A stretch of DNA of 64,000 bases from Mobula hypostoma (GCF_963921235.1 NC_086108.1:89778001-89842000), one strand, 5' to 3'; shown: positions 12,400 to 26,367, numbered from the stretch's first letter. The notes: generated by a model not told the origin, from the letters alone. A program made the numbers and translations.

Positions 12400-14240
12400 A
12401 TGTCAGTACTGCTAAAAGAGGCACAGTCTGTTTATAATTCTAAAACATGTAACAGTGAAATAATTAAGAACATTTTGACTACCTTACTGTACATCTTTGT
12501 CAGTTACTATTTTTCTACATTATAAACTGTATCTTTCATGTTTAAATTACTAAAAGAGGCTTTCAACAGAATTAAACACTTTACTTCAAAAGTCATTAAA
12601 ATACATTGAGTCATGTACTTACCTTGTGAATGTTTGAATCCAAATTAACAATTTGCATATCTCACTGGAAAAAGTTTATATTTTATAACTTAAGTAATAA
12701 ATATACATTACCAATTTCTACATAAATAAATCTCTCATTAAGGCATTATAGGTTTAATACTTTGCAAAGTAATTTAAAATGTTTTGGAGATCATTTTTAA
12801 AAACATTTAGCTATGGACCATAAAAGCAACTTGCAATTCATTTTGATGTTTATTTAGGCTAGTATATTTCAGTTTTGTACATTTTGTTCTAGCTTATTCG
12901 AAAACACCTACAGTACAGAACAAAATAGTTTCATTTCTAAGAAACATTGTACAAGATGCACACTTAGTCCAAATTTTCATTATAAACTATGGAGTAACGT
13001 TCTTCAAAAGTTATACTTTCTAATCAATGGCTTAAATATGAAAAAATTAATACATGATCAGATAATAGATATAATCTTTAAAGACACATTCTGTCACTGA
13101 TAAAGCTAGGATAAAATAGAATTTCTTTTAACAACCTTAAATATATAGCTTTCAGAAAAGTTTTATTTGCATAACGTGTGGATTTTCAAACTATTGTACA
13201 TTTGATAGAGTACAAATAGAACATAGCTTTTAATGATATGGTAAATAATCATATAGGTCTTAAAATAATAAGCAAAGGCAGGAATATCTTATTTTATAAT
13301 AAAATAGCACAGGCAAACTTTAATGGATTACAATAGTGAAATCTCATGAGACAAGAAAATTATTACTTTGATTTTAACATGTTCATGATGTTAAGGACCA
13401 TAAGGACAAACTTCCATGGGGTGTCAGCATGAGGGCAAGACCATCGTAATGCCCAAACTCATGATCATATTTGAAGTAAGAATGCCTCTATTTTAATTGC
13501 TTGCAACATCAATCTTGCTGCGTCCCAACAAGAGTAAGACTGGGCTGTAACAAGACAGCTCCAAAACTAGGGAACACTACCACTTCAGGAAAAAAAAAAG
13601 TTCTTCATCATTCTTAAAATATAGTTGAAGGTAACAGGGGTAGCAGGTAAGGGGTTGTGGGGAATGTAAAATGGGTCAGGTTTAAAACATCTACCACTTA
13701 GACCCTGCTTTGTGCTATCAGATCAAATTCATCCCATATATGACCCAGCAATAGAACATTAATAAAATAATACGCCTTAAGCTAGAATTTATTGACATGT
13801 TAATGCACTGACGTGAAAACCAGCTACGAGTATCCAAAATCATTCACAGAATTCCACAACCAGAAAAAGGATGGAAGAAAATGCATTGTGATCGTAATTT
13901 TACTAAGACCTGATTCACTTAAGGCAGTTAATTTTAGAAAACAGTTTCCATTTTGCAGCGATTGATCACAAAAGCATCCATTGGCGTGGAGAGCTAATTT
14001 TGCAAAGGCATTAACTGAGCATGACCTGAGGTTTAAATTTAATAATTTCATTGATCTGCTCAATCCTTGGGGCTGCAGAATGTTCAAGTCATCAAAACAA
14101 TTAAATATCGCAAACTGAGTAATGTTCTTGCATTGGAAGGTTAAAAGGATCCAACTGGACCGCAGTATATATCTAAAATACGAACAGCACATTTGGTCAG
14201 AGAAAGTAATAAGTGCATGAAACAAAATCCAGCTTTGCTT
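12400..14240 (-). other. Probable SNX7 3' UTR with candidate AATAAA signals
   Basis: AT-rich stretch with no repeats I recognise, directly after the stop. Minus-strand AATAAA (plus TTTATT) at 13788-13793, 13162-13167 and 12849-12854. The true end is not determinable. Confidence 0.5.
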
Positions 14241-14321
14241 CTATCCGCTGTTTTTATTATTCTCATCCATCTTGATTTCAGTCTGTTGCATGGAAAGAAA
14301 AGACTCCCATGTAGCTAAACA
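14241..14321 (-). CDS. SNX7: SNX7 last coding exon (CLATWESFLSMQQTEIKMDENNKNSG*)
   Basis: Polypyrimidine tract plus TTTCAG acceptor; CLATWESFL is the SNX7 C-terminal motif; TAG stop at 14241-14243. Confidence 0.93.
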   Translation of the reverse strand, partial: CLATWESFLSMQQTEIKMDENNKNSG

Positions 14322-15209
14322 CTGAAAGACAAAAAAAAAGCCAATAGAAAATTGATAACCTCAAATATAGCTACTGCTAGTACAAAAAAAAATCCAAAAA
14401 GCGGGACATACTTTAGGTCCTTCAAAATCTGTGAAGAGATCCAGTAAGTTAATATTCCAAATGAGAATTATCAACATAACTGTATTTTTTTTCCTTTTCA
14501 GACCTACTAAATCAAGTATAATCAGTTTTTGAATTACACAGCTAAGAAAATGGCTTCAAAATGAGGAAAATAATGGTCAAGATCAGTGGTTGAACTTCTG
14601 AAGAGAAGGGCTAATCTGACCACTTTGCTCAAGTAAAGCAGCTCCATCACCAGAAAACAAATTATATCAATGTAATTGGCCTCTGATAATATACACCTAT
14701 TCCATTTAAGTTTACCCAAGATTACTAGTTACTGAAGGAAGAAAACAATTATTGTTTTCTTCTATAAATTTTTTTTGAGACTAGAGAATAGGTATGTAGA
14801 ATAGAAACATTGTGCAATTACTATTTTATAGAGTCATGAATTCAAATTCAGACAGCTCAAAAATGGGCCCTTCAACCAATATGTCCACAGTGATCATTTT
14901 GTCCAATACTAATCCCGCTACACCTGTATCCTTCCATACTTACCCATTCCAGAGCCTGTCAACATGCTCTAATGTAGTCATTGTATCTCCGCCTCCGCTG
15001 GAGAGTGCTCTCCTGACGTCAACCATTTTATGTGAAATAAACTTCCCCCACAGACTTCTTTCCAATATCCTGTCACTTTAAACATGTGCACTTCTTGTTC
15101 TTATTATCCCTCCCAGGGGAAAAATATTCTTGCTGTCTACCCTACAGCTCTCAATCATGTAAGCTTTCATCCCATCTTTTCCCGTCTTTCTCCCCATATC
15201 CAAAGATCT

Positions 15210-15643
15210 CAAATGGAATGAAAGGATTACCGTATGAGGAACATTTGGCAGCTCTTAGACTGTATTCCCTGAATTTCAGAATGAGGGGGGATCTCATAGA
15301 AATATTCCGAATGTTAGAAGGCCTGAACAGATTACAGTCCAAGACAAGAAGGCATGACTTCAGGATCGAAGGACATCCACTTAGAACAGAGATGCGGAGA
15401 AATTACTTTAGTCAGAGGGTGGTAAATCTGTGGAATTTGTTGCTATGAGCGGCTGTGGAGGCCAAGTCATTAGGTGCATTTAAGGCAGAGATAGATAGAT
15501 TCTTGATTAGCCAGGCCATCAAAGGCAGGGGAGAAGGCCGGGGAGTGGGGATGACTGTAAGAATTGGATCAGCCCATGAATGAATGGCGGAGCAGACTTG
15601 ATTGGCCAAATAGCCTACTTCTGCTCCTATATCTTATGGTCTA
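15210..15643 (+). mobile_element. CR1 3' fragment in the last SNX7 intron
   Basis: GMKGLPYEEHL...RGDLIEIF...FSQRVVNLWN, ending in CTTATGGTCT. Confidence 0.85.
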
Positions 15644-16723
15644 AATCCACGCATCTGGTGAATTTCCTCTGCATTTTCTTCAGCACAACCACACCCTTTC
15701 TATTGTTTGGTAAGCAGAGATGCATACAGTACTGAAAAACACTGATCAGACACACTTGGAAAGTCGCAACCAAAAATTCCAAGTTTTGTTTCAAGGGCCT
15801 GACCTACAAAGGGAGGTATGCTACGTGCCTTATTTATCACTCTGATCAAACAGTAGTAAGTGAATGCTATCCAATACCAGAGTTGCAAGGGACTCCACTT
15901 TCTCTATGTCAAATAGGTGTATGGAAGCAGCACTGTGTGGTATACTGTGCGTTCATAGCTGAATACTGACTGCGCACACAAGCCTTGAGATAAGTATGCA
16001 TATGATGAAAAAAGTAATTGATAGATGACATCTGAACTTGGATTCAGCAACTCTGTGTGATATTATTAAATATTGTAGAAAATGCATTTAGATCTTCCAC
16101 GTGGACGCCTGGTATTGTCATAGCTATCTATTTCCACTGCTTTGTCAGTTGGTTTGGGGAACCTCCTCCAGATAGTGGATGCACTTCACTTCCAAATCTA
16201 TATCTCCAGAGCAGTGAGGATAATTTAGCACTTGTCTGCTTTGCTCATTCTTTTATCTTTCCCAGGTTAGATTTCACTCACAGGCTCCGCTCAGACTGAG
16301 GTAAATGATCTATCATCATCTTAGACATCATCCATTATGAAAAATAACAAATTAATAGACAATATAATAACATTCGCTACTCAAAATTAAAAAGGGTGAT
16401 ATGTCAAATTTAAGCTTAGTTCAGTAAACTACAGCCCTTGTTTCAAATAGGCTGTAAGATTAAATAGGCTAAACACGAGAAAGGTGAAATGGCTTCAAAA
16501 TTCTGTAGAGAAAACTTAAAGAAAACTATGAAAGCAGTCTCAAAAAAAGGAAAATATAGTCCACAATCAATGCATTATTTAATATGTCCACCAAATGAAG
16601 CTTGATAACACTTTGCTACAAAGGATTGAAAAATTAAAACTTAATGGTTTGAAGTTTATTGATAACCTGATATGGTGGCAGCTAATCTTGTAGAGTTAAA
16701 TTTATTCAAGAAGCTTAAATATC

Positions 16724-17975
16724 AATCTGTTGGAGTTTTTCGAGGAGGTTACCAGGAAAGTGGATGAAGGGAAGGTAGTGGATATTGTCTACATGGACTT
16801 CAGTAAGGCCTTTGACAAGGTCCCGCATGGGAGGTTAGTTAGGAAAATTCAGTCGCTAGGTATACATGGAGAGGTGGTAAATTGGATTAGACATTGGCTC
16901 GATGGAAGAAGCCAGAGAGTGGTGGTAGAAAATTGCTTCTCTGAGTGGAGGCCTGTGACTAGTGGTGTGCCACAGGGATCAGTGCTGGGTCCGTTGTTAT
17001 TTATCATCTATATCAACGATCTGGATGATAATCTGGTAAATTGGATCAGCAAGTTTGCTGATGATACAAAGATTGGAGGTGTAGTAGACAGTGAGGAAGG
17101 TTTTCAGAGCCTGCAGAGGGACTTGGACCAGCTGGAAAAATGGGCTGAAAAATGGCAGATGGAGCTTAATACTGACAAGTGTGAGGTATTGCACGTTGGA
17201 AGGACAAACCAACGTAGAACATACAGGGTTAATGGTAAGGCACTGACGAGTGCAGTGGAACAGAGGGATCTGGGAATACAGATACAAAATTCCCTAAAAG
17301 TGTCGTCACAGGTAGATAAGGTTGTAAAGAGAGCTTTTGGTACATTGGCCTTTATTAATCGAAGTTTTGAGTATAAGAGCTGGAATGTTATGATGAGGTT
17401 GTATAAGGCATTGGTGAGGCCGAATCTGGAGTATTGTGTTCAGTTTTGGTCACCAAATTACAGGAAGGATATAAATAAGGTTGAAAGAGTGCAGAGAAGG
17501 TTTACAAGGATGCTGCCGGGACTTGAGAAACTCAGTTACAGAGAAAGGTTGAATAGGTTAGGACTTTATTCCCTGAGCGTAGAAGAATGAGGGGAGATTT
17601 GATAGAGGTATATAAAATTATGATGGGTATAGATAGAGTGAATGCAAGCAGGCTTTTTCCACTGAGGCAAGGGGAGAAAAAAACCAGAGGACATGGGTTA
17701 AGGGTGAGGGGGGAAAAGTTTAAAGGGAACATTAGGGGGGGCTTCTTCACACAGAGAGTGGTGGGAGTATGGAATGAGCTGCCAGACGAGGTGGTAAATG
17801 CGGGTTCTTTTTTAACATTTAAGAATAAATTGGACAGATACATGGATGGGAGGTGTATGGAGGGATATGGTCCGTGTGCAGGTCAGTAGGACTAGGCAGA
17901 AAATGGTTCGGCACAGCCAAGAAGGGCCAAAGGGCCTGTTTTCTGTGCTGTAGTTTCTATGGTCCTATGGTTCTA
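16724..17975 (+). mobile_element. Young 5'-truncated CR1 LINE with near-intact RT
   Basis: ORF 16730..17590 (MDFSKAFDKVPH, SGVPQGSVLGP, KFADD) joins ORF 17587..17889 by one frameshift. TTCTATGG-type tail; possible TSD TATCAA at 16720-16725 and 17974-17979. Confidence 0.95.
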
Positions 17976-18484
17976 TCAAATAGAGCATTTCTGGGCACAT
18001 CCTTAACATTCAACTGACCCCACATTAGCTTCAGGTAGAACAGGCATCTACCACTGGTGAAAGCAAAAAGGAGGAGAGCAGAGACACAAAGCACTCCCCC
18101 ACAGGTTGAGTGAAAAAGGTATCATCTGTCAATAATAAACAGCAGATCCTGAATGAATACAAGGCAGGCAACATCAAGTTTATTTTCTTAACAATCAAAT
18201 TGACCAGATCTATTGTTATACCTTTGGGTTTACATTTATAAATGCAATGGCAGTAAGTTTTGCACTTCATTGAGCAAAAATTGAATAAGAACACATTGAT
18301 GTGCACAGTGACAAATCAGAATTAAGAAATTATGAAACCAAAACGAAAAAGAACTGAGAATCTTATTTTTGTTTTAAATCAGACTTTCACATCTCAGGTC
18401 TGAGTCACAGGACAGACCATTTTAATCTTGTTTATTAATAATAATGGTTAGAATGAGCTGTTTCCTGTATTTTAAACACAATAA

Positions 18485-18545
18485 CACAGCCAAGAAGGGC
18501 CAAAAGGCCTGTTTCTGTGCTGTAGTTTCTATGGTTTCTATGGTT
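18485..18545 (+). mobile_element. ~60-bp extreme 3' fragment of the same CR1 subfamily
   Basis: CACAGCCAAGAAGGGCCAAAAGGCCTGTTTCTGTGCTGTAGTTTCTATGG is nearly identical to 17912-17970. Confidence 0.85.
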
Positions 18546-18782
18546 TAATAGTACCCTCATTAGATCACAGAAATACCTACAAATTATTCTGCATTGGAAC
18601 AGTAATTTTTGAAGTATTTGTTCAATCCAGCATTTTCTGTACAAATATCTTTCATTATAAGATTACAGAGATAATATACAAGTTCAGCTGATCCACATAA
18701 TATTTCAAGTACCTAAATCAGGCACACTTATATGCATTAACAAAGGTATTTAATGATTATAGTATTTTTTAACCTTTCTTAC

Positions 18783-18935
18783 CTCTTCAAAATAATGAAT
18801 ATTATTTTCAGCCATGTTGCAAAGAGCTGATTTCATATCACTTCGCATGTTCAAACACCACCTCTTCCAATCTGCTTTCAAATTGTTATTGGCATGTTCT
18901 ACTTCATCCTCAAGACGGGCAATATCTGTCTGTAG
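18783..18935 (-). CDS. SNX7: SNX7 penultimate coding exon (LQTDIARLEDEVEHANNNLKADWKRW...MAENNIHYFEE)
   Basis: 153 nt, TTTATTTTAG acceptor, GAG|GTAAGA donor. Contains the SNX7/30 LKADWxRW motif. Confidence 0.94.
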
Positions 18936-20143
18936 CTAAAATAAAGTTATTCACACTAAAATGCAATTAAGTTATTTTTATATAATATAAATTGAAAAAA
19001 GTTAAGAAATGTACACATTACTTGTGCAGAATTATATTTTTCATCCACTATCAACTGGCAAGGTTAAAAAGATTGGAAGTTATGGCTATAAAAAACATAG
19101 TAAGACAGCACTATAAGAATGTACTGATCAAGAGCAAGATGCACAGTACAATTTCCAATATTATAATAACTATTATTCAAAATAATATCTATAACAGAAG
19201 AGCTCCAGTGAAGTAATCAAAATCTAAAATCCAATACTAAAAACACAAGGGTTTCTTCAGAGCAAAACACACAAAATGCTGGAGGAACTCAGCAGGCCAG
19301 GCAACATCTATAGAAAAAAGTACAGTTGACGTTTCGGGCCAAAACCTCTTGGCAGGACTGTAGCAAAAAAGTGCTGAGAAGTATATTTGAAAGATCGGGG
19401 GTGGGGGTGATGGAAGACAGAAATGCCAGGTGATAGGTGAAACTTGGAGGTGGAGGGATGAAGCAAAGAGCTAGGTTGAATGGTGGAAGAGACAGAAGGC
19501 CATGGAAGAAGTGGGGGGGGGGGGGAGAGAGAAGGAGCACCAGAGGGAGGTGATGAGTGGGCAAGGAGATAACATAAGAGGGGGAAGGGGGAGGGTAAGG
19601 ATGGAAGGATTACTGAAAGTTTGAGAAATTGATGTTCATGCCATCAGGCTGGAGGCTACCCAAGCAAAATATAAGGTGTTGCTCCTCCAACCTAAGTGTG
19701 GCCTTATCCCGACAGTGGAGGAGACCATGGATGGATATATCGGAATGGGAATTAAAATGGGTAGCCACTGGGAGATACCGTTTGTTCTGGCAGACAGAGC
19801 ATAGATGCTAGGCAAAGTGGTTTCCCAATCTACATTAGGTCTCACCAATACACAAGAGACCACACCAGGAGCACCAGACACAGTATATGACCCCAACAGA
19901 CTCACAAGGTGAAGTGTTGCCTCACCTGGAAGGACTGTTTGGGGCCCTGAATGGTAGTGAGGGAGGAGGTGCAGGGGCAGGTGAAGCACTTGTTCCGCTT
20001 GCAAGGCTAAGTGCCAGGAGGGAGATCAGTGGGGAGGGACGAATGGACAAGGAAGTTGTGTAGCAAGCGATCCCTGCGGAAAGCAGAAGTGAGGGGGGAG
20101 AGAGGGAAAGTTGTGTTTGGTGGTAGGAATCAGTTGGAGATGG

Positions 20144-22190
20144 CCATAAGGCCACAAGATATTGGAGCAGAAGTAGGCCATTTGGCCCATCAAGTCTGCT
20201 CCGCCAATCGTGGGCTGATCCAATTCTTCTTACACATACACCTCTGCCTGAAATGCGCCTAATGACTTGGCCTACACAGCCACTCGTGGCAACAAATTCC
20301 ACAGTTTTACTACCCTCTGACTTAAGTAATTTCTCCGCATCTCTGTTCTAAATGGACTAAATCGATTATTGAAAGATCATTGTCAATGCCTCCGCAATCT
20401 CTCCAGCTACTTCCTTCAGAACCTGAGGGTACATTCCATCAGGTCCAGGAGATTTATTCACCCTCAGACCATTCAGCTTCCTGACCACCTTCTCAGTCCT
20501 AATTTTCACTGCACAAACTTCACTTCCCCGACACTCTTGAATATCTGGTATACTGCAGGTGACTTTCACTGTGAAGACTGATGCAAAATACGCATTCAGT
20601 TCCTCTGCCACCTCTGCATCTCTCATTACAATATCTTCAGAATCATTTTCTATTGGTCTACCCTCAAATCTCTTTTACCCTTAATATACTTAAAAAAAGC
20701 TTTTAGTATCTTTGATATTAGTTGCCAGCTTCCTTTCATAATTCATCTTTTCCTTCCTTTTTTTGGCGTGTGTGTGCATGCGTGTGCGATGTTGGTGGGA
20801 CGATGTCTTTTATCATGTCTTTACAAGGTGCGGAGCAAGAGAGAGAGAGACTGTGGTGTGCCACTCCTCACACAGACACTTCGCATTATTTTTCCCTTTA
20901 TCTTACGAGGTTGAGTTGCGATCTCGACACTCAACCCGGCACGGATGGGAAGTGTACTCCAGAGCGGACCCGACTGGGTTTGAACCCGGGAACCTCCATT
21001 CCGGAGTCCGGCCGCTGATGTCATTGCGCCACCAGCCGGCCCTCATCTTTTCCTTCCTAAAGACCTTCTTAGTTTCCTTCTGCGTATTTTTAAAACCTTC
21101 CTAATCCTCTATCTTCCCACTAACTTTGGCTTCCTTGTATGCCCTCTCTTTTGCTTTTCTTTAGCTCGGATTTCACTTGGTAGTGTCCTTCTTCCATTCG
21201 AAAATTCCTTATTTGGAATATATTTGTCTTGCACTTCCCTCGTTTTTTGTAGAAATTCCAGCCATTGCTGCTCTGCTGTCCTTCCTGCTGGTGTCCCTTT
21301 CCAGTCAACTTTGGCCAGTTCCCCTCTCATGCCATTGTAATTTCCTGTATTTCACTGAAATAGCGACACTTTGGAATTTAGTTTCTCCTTCTCAAGTTTC
21401 AAAGTGAACTCGATCATATTGTGATCACTGTTCCCCAAGGATTCCTTAATCTTAAACTCCCTATCACCTCCGGATCACCGCACAACACCCAATCCAGCAC
21501 AGCCGATCCCCTAGTGGGATCAACAAGCTGTTCTAAAAAGCCATCCCTTAGACATTCTACAAATTTTCTCTCGAGGTCCAGTATTGGTCTGGCTTTCCCA
21601 ATCCGCTTTCATGTTAAAATCCCCAATGATTAACATGACATATGGCCCTTCTGACACGCCTTTTCTATCTCCTGCTGTAATTTGTAATCCACATCCTGGC
21701 TCCTGTTTGAGGCCTGTATACAACTGCCATTAGGGTCCTTTTACCCTTGCCATTTCTTAACTCAACCCTTAGAGACTCTACACCTTCTGAACCTATGTCA
21801 TCCCTTTCTAATGATTTAATATTATTTCTTGTACAAAGGGCCACACCACCCCCTCTGCCTACTAACCTATCTTTCCAATACATCATATATCCTTGGACAT
21901 TCAGCTCCCAATGGCAGCCATCCTTTAGCCAAGTTTCAGAGATGGCCACAATGTCATACTTGCCAATCTGTATCTGAATTTCAAGATCATCCATTATATT
22001 TCTTACGCTGCGTGCATTCAAATATAACATTTTCAGTCCAGTATTTGTTGCTTTGTTTTAACTGCACCATGCCTCTATTGCCCTGTAACTCATCCCACTA
22101 GTTGTGATTTTGCCTCATCTCCTGCCTGTCCTTTCTATCATCTCTGTTGCACACCTTCTTTGATTTATTTCTGTTTTCCCCTTCCTCAGC
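20144..22190 (-). mobile_element. Internally deleted CR1 LINE nested in Penelope
   Basis: Endonuclease start YLNARSVRN...ISETWL (ORF 21665..22030), linker KSPGPDG (ORF 20366..20626), then an abrupt jump near 20357 to the 3' UTR. Confidence 0.85.
20759..21042 (-). mobile_element. tRNA-derived SINE nested in CR1
   Basis: Minus strand starts GGGCCGGCTGGTGGCGCAATG (A box) with GGTTCAAACCC (B box) and ends in a short A tail. TSD TCATCTTTTCCTTCCT at 20743-20758 and 21043-21058. Confidence 0.88.
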
Positions 22191-24104
22191 CCTGGTGGAA
22201 GTTTCAGAGAATTGTGTGCTGGACATGGAGGCTGGTGGGGTGGTAGGCGAGGACAAGAGCAACCCTATCCCTGGTAGCGTGGGGGGAGGATGAGGTAAGA
22301 GCAGACATGTGTAAAATGGAAGAGACGTAGTCAAGGGCAGTGTTGATGGTGGAGGAAGGGAAGTCCCTTTGTTTGAAAGAAGAGGACATCTTCATTCTAG
22401 AATGAAAAGCCTCATCCTGAGAGCAGATGCGGCAGAGATGGAGGAATTGAGAGAAGGGGATGGCGTTTTTACAAGCAGCAGGGTGGAACAAAGTACAGTC
22501 CAGGTAGCTGTAAGAGTCTGTTGGTTTATAATAGACATCAGTGGATAAACTGTCTCTGGAGATAGAGACAGTGAGACAGAGAAAGGGAACGGAATGGTCA
22601 GAAATGGACCAAGTGAATTTGAGGGCAAGGTGGAAATTGGAGGTAAAGTGGATGAAATCAACAAATTCAGTACGGGTGCAGCAAACAGCACCAATGCAGT
22701 CGTAGATGTAGCGTAGGAAAAGTGCGGGACGGTCACCAGTGTAGGCTTGCAATATAGACTGTTCCTTGTAGCCAACAAACAGGCAGGCATAGCTGGGACT
22801 CATGCGAATGCCCATGGCTACCCCTTTTGTTTGAAGGAAGTGGGAGGACCCAAAGGAGAAATTATTTACAGTGAGGTCAAGTTCCGCTAGACAGAGGAGA
22901 GTGGTGGTGGGGGGGAATTGGCTGGGTCTGGTGTCCAGAAAGAAACTAAGAGCTTTGAGGCCTTCCTGGTGGGAGACGCTTCTTCAGATGTTGGAAATCT
23001 TGAGCAACACACACAAAACGCTGCAAGTCAGGCAGCATTTCTAAAGGAGAATAAACAGTTACTGTTTCGGGCCAAACTCCTCCATCGGGACTGGAATGGA
23101 AAGGGGCAGAAGCTAGAATAAAGCGGAGGAGTACAAGCTGGAGGGTGATAGATGAAACCAGGTGGGCGGGGGGGGGGGAAGGATTATGAAGTAAGAAACT
23201 ATGAGGGGACGTTTTGGCCTCATGACCACAGCTATTATCAAAGCAGTTTAAAATTATTGCATAACCAAATATCAAGACAAAGTAGCATTTTATCATTTTA
23301 ATAATACAATTTTCTACTTGTAATCTAATTTGTTCATCAAAATTTTTGGATGTTTTATTGGGAACATTTAAAGTGTCACAAGTATTAGATTTGAAGCACA
23401 ATCCTTGACTCTCAGAACAAATATTAAGTATCATCTAAGATTTCATCTAAGTTCTTTAGCAAGATTTGCAGCAAAACATCGGTGAACTGAGTAAATTCAT
23501 GAATTCTATCCCCTCCGTTCACATCTTATTTCTCTCAGGTAGTGCTGAATGAAGTTCAACCTGGGTTAAATGTGGGTAGATAGAGCAATAAGGAATGTAC
23601 ACATTTGCTGTGCTATTGTGCCACCCAACCTGCAGGTTCCCCTATTTCCACACTGCAAGCTCTATCCTCAAATCTCAAATTTGTCAAAAATTTACCCTTT
23701 TCATTTCACCCGTGCTGACAGGTGCATGATCTTATTTTCTAAGTGTCCTGCTTCCACTGTATTTGCCTCGGCAAACCAGGGGGAGAGGAAAACACTCACA
23801 TCTATTTTAGGCACTCTTCCAAAAGTGCACCACTGGGGTAACTTCACCCAGAAACACTGAAAACACAAGTTATGTTCAGTGAACAGAGCAGTGGAAGATT
23901 AAAGTACTGTTCAAGGCGCAACTTGGTAGGCTGGAAAAACCAAATCACCCGACATCAGAGTAATCATAAAGTCTTTCTCGCATACTTTTTAAGTTCAGAC
24001 ATGTTCAGAAAACTGAAAATCTTAACAATTCAGAATTAAAACTGAAAATGTAATTGAGGAAATATGGTATGTCACCATCATCCTCAGAGCACTCTAACTG
24101 GTTA

Positions 24105-24530
24105 AATCACTGATATTGGTGGGGATCACCACACAGAATCGAAAACAGCTGCAGAAGATGGCAAACTCAGCCAGCTCCATCGTTGGCACTAGTCTCCCTA
24201 GCAACAAGAACATCTTCAAAAGGTGATGCCTCAAAAAAATGGTATCCATCATTAAGGACCCAGGATATGCCCTCTTCTCGTTGCTACCATCAAGGAGAAG
24301 GAACAGCAGCCGTTTTAGGAACAGCTTCTTCCCCTCCACAATCAGATTTCTGAACGGACAATGAATGAACCATGAACACCATCTTACTACTTTTGCTCTC
24401 TTTTTGCATTACTTTTTACTTTTCAAATATATTTCTTATTGTAATTTAAATTATATATTGCACTGTACTGCTGCCGCAAACAACAAATTTCATGACATAT
24501 GAGAGTGATATTAAACCTGATTCTGATTCT
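24105..24530 (+). mobile_element. Rex1/Babar-type LINE 3' fragment
   Basis: Similar to 47700-48153 (TCCATCATTAAGGACC...AACAGCTTCTTCCCCTC); tail ATTAAACCTGATTCTGATTCT. Confidence 0.7.
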
Positions 24531-26367
24531 AGCTCAAATTCTGTAAGTACCTAGTATGGAAGGTAAAATTGCATTTTTATCTTTCTTCTGGCCAATTTCT
24601 ACTGCTAGGTGTGTCACTTTGTCAGAAAGATATTTTATTATGAATTCCAAGTACACAGTATGAGTAAATAAAAGAGACAAATTGCAAACGAGTACTGAAA
24701 CCATTTTAGTTCTCACTGTTAGATGGGAATTACTGCAGTGCACGATGAGATAGAGAAATTATGACCCATTGCTGTTTTTGCACTGCTTGCTACTAATATG
24801 ATGTGGTGATTATATTGGACAGCCCAGCTCAGGCATCTTGTTCAGTTTCTCTGATACATTAAGAACTTAATGCAATTTTGAAATAGCAATGGTCTGATCC
24901 TGCACAGCATTTGCCAACTAGTAATTAGTATGAAGCATGACCAGCATTTCTAAAATGGAACTGCTGAGGTCAGTTTTTAAAAAAGGCTTGCTGATGATTT
25001 TCATGGAGTTAAATACAGCATTTAATATTGAGTTTACTCATTATAAATGCTTCCCATATTGTAACAGTGACTGGAGTTCAAAAATCATTAGCAGTAAAAT
25101 ATTTTGTGCTGAAGTCAAAGCTACCGGTCTTTTTATATTTCAAAAGAGGTTTTGGGCAAGTTTCCATTGAATAAATCACAGGTTCAATTTGCTTATCTTT
25201 CATCCATTGAAGAGAAATGGATATACGAATTTTTATCAAGGTTTTAAAAATCTGTTAATTCACCAAGAGTCAACCAGAGTTAATAATGCAACATATTCTA
25301 AAGTGTGAAACAACTATACACAGGTAAACAATATGTACAACAAAGAAATGGAACATTAACAAGTAACTCATCTGCACTGGTGAATTCAATCATTCAATCC
25401 CATGGGGATAATGAATTCACGCCATATGCATTCCAGTTAAAAAACAAGAAACAAAATCCCAGAGCAATAAGCTATGTTGTCTCTAAGCTCTTAATCAAAT
25501 CAATGAATGGCAAAGAGATTCACCTCTACATCTTGCATGTTGGGCAGGAAACCCAACTTTAACTAAGAGAGGAAACATTATCTGGAAATGTGGCCCTTTT
25601 CAAAAGACATGCATATTGTAATAAATTTATATCCTCATTTTTCCCTCTGAAATCTAGTATTTGACATTTTGCTTAGAGTGCCATCTATTGATAGTAGTAG
25701 TTTAGAGATGCTGCTAAAACTGTCAATCAGAAAGCAAACCATTGTTATTTAAGAGAACAGCACAGGAAAGGATCCTCAGTCCAGTATGTCTTCGCTGACC
25801 ACAAAACCATTTTAAACTGCACATGCCTGTACGTGGTCTATATCACTCACGTATTTGTCTAAATACTCCTTAAACATTTCTATTGTAACTGCCTCCACCA
25901 CTTTCCCTGACAATACATTCTGCTGGGACCTTTGTGAAAACCCCAAACAATTTTTGTCATTTTCAAGCTTATTAATCAGGTCACTTACAATTTTGTCCAA
26001 ACCTTTTAAATGCATTACAAAGGCCCCAGCAGAAATCCTGGCAGAACACCAGTGGACAAAGGGCCAGTCAGAATTAAATCTCTCCAACTACCACCCTCTC
26101 TCTTACATCTAAACAAATTTTAAAAGTTACTGTATCTCCATGGATCCCATGAGCCTTAATCTTCTGGTTTTGCTTACCACAAGGAACCAAGTTGAATGCT
26201 TTACAAAAGACCACGTATATAACATCCACTGTCCCAGTCTCAATTAATCTTCTTCATCATCTCCTCAAAAAAAACTCAATTATGTTAGCAAGTATTGATC
26301 TTTCCCTGCACAAAGCCATGCTGACTGTTCCTGGTAAGACAAAGTTTTTCCAGTAAATCCTACTAAG

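Larger units (their letters stand above)
19263..23190 (-). mobile_element. Older Penelope-like element: pLTR + GIY-YIG 19263-~20143, RT ~22193-22975, second pLTR ~22980-23190; interrupted by CR1
   Basis: ORF 22204..22815 parallels ORF 3616..4575 (YIDD decayed to YIYD). Degenerate hammerhead traces near 19323-19360 and 23055-23092. Confidence 0.85.

Noticed and set aside
12613..12626. Consensus minus-strand donor AAG|GTAAGT near the end of the putative 3' UTR
   Set aside because: No matching exon or downstream acceptor is supportable; such a motif can occur by chance.
13824..14225. 133-aa minus-strand ORF just after the SNX7 stop
   Set aside because: Non-ATG start, no recognisable motif, and located in the probable 3' UTR.
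20965..21042. tRNA-like sequence on the minus strand
   Set aside because: Imperfect cloverleaf that continues into a SINE body with A tail and TSD; it is a SINE head, not a tRNA gene.
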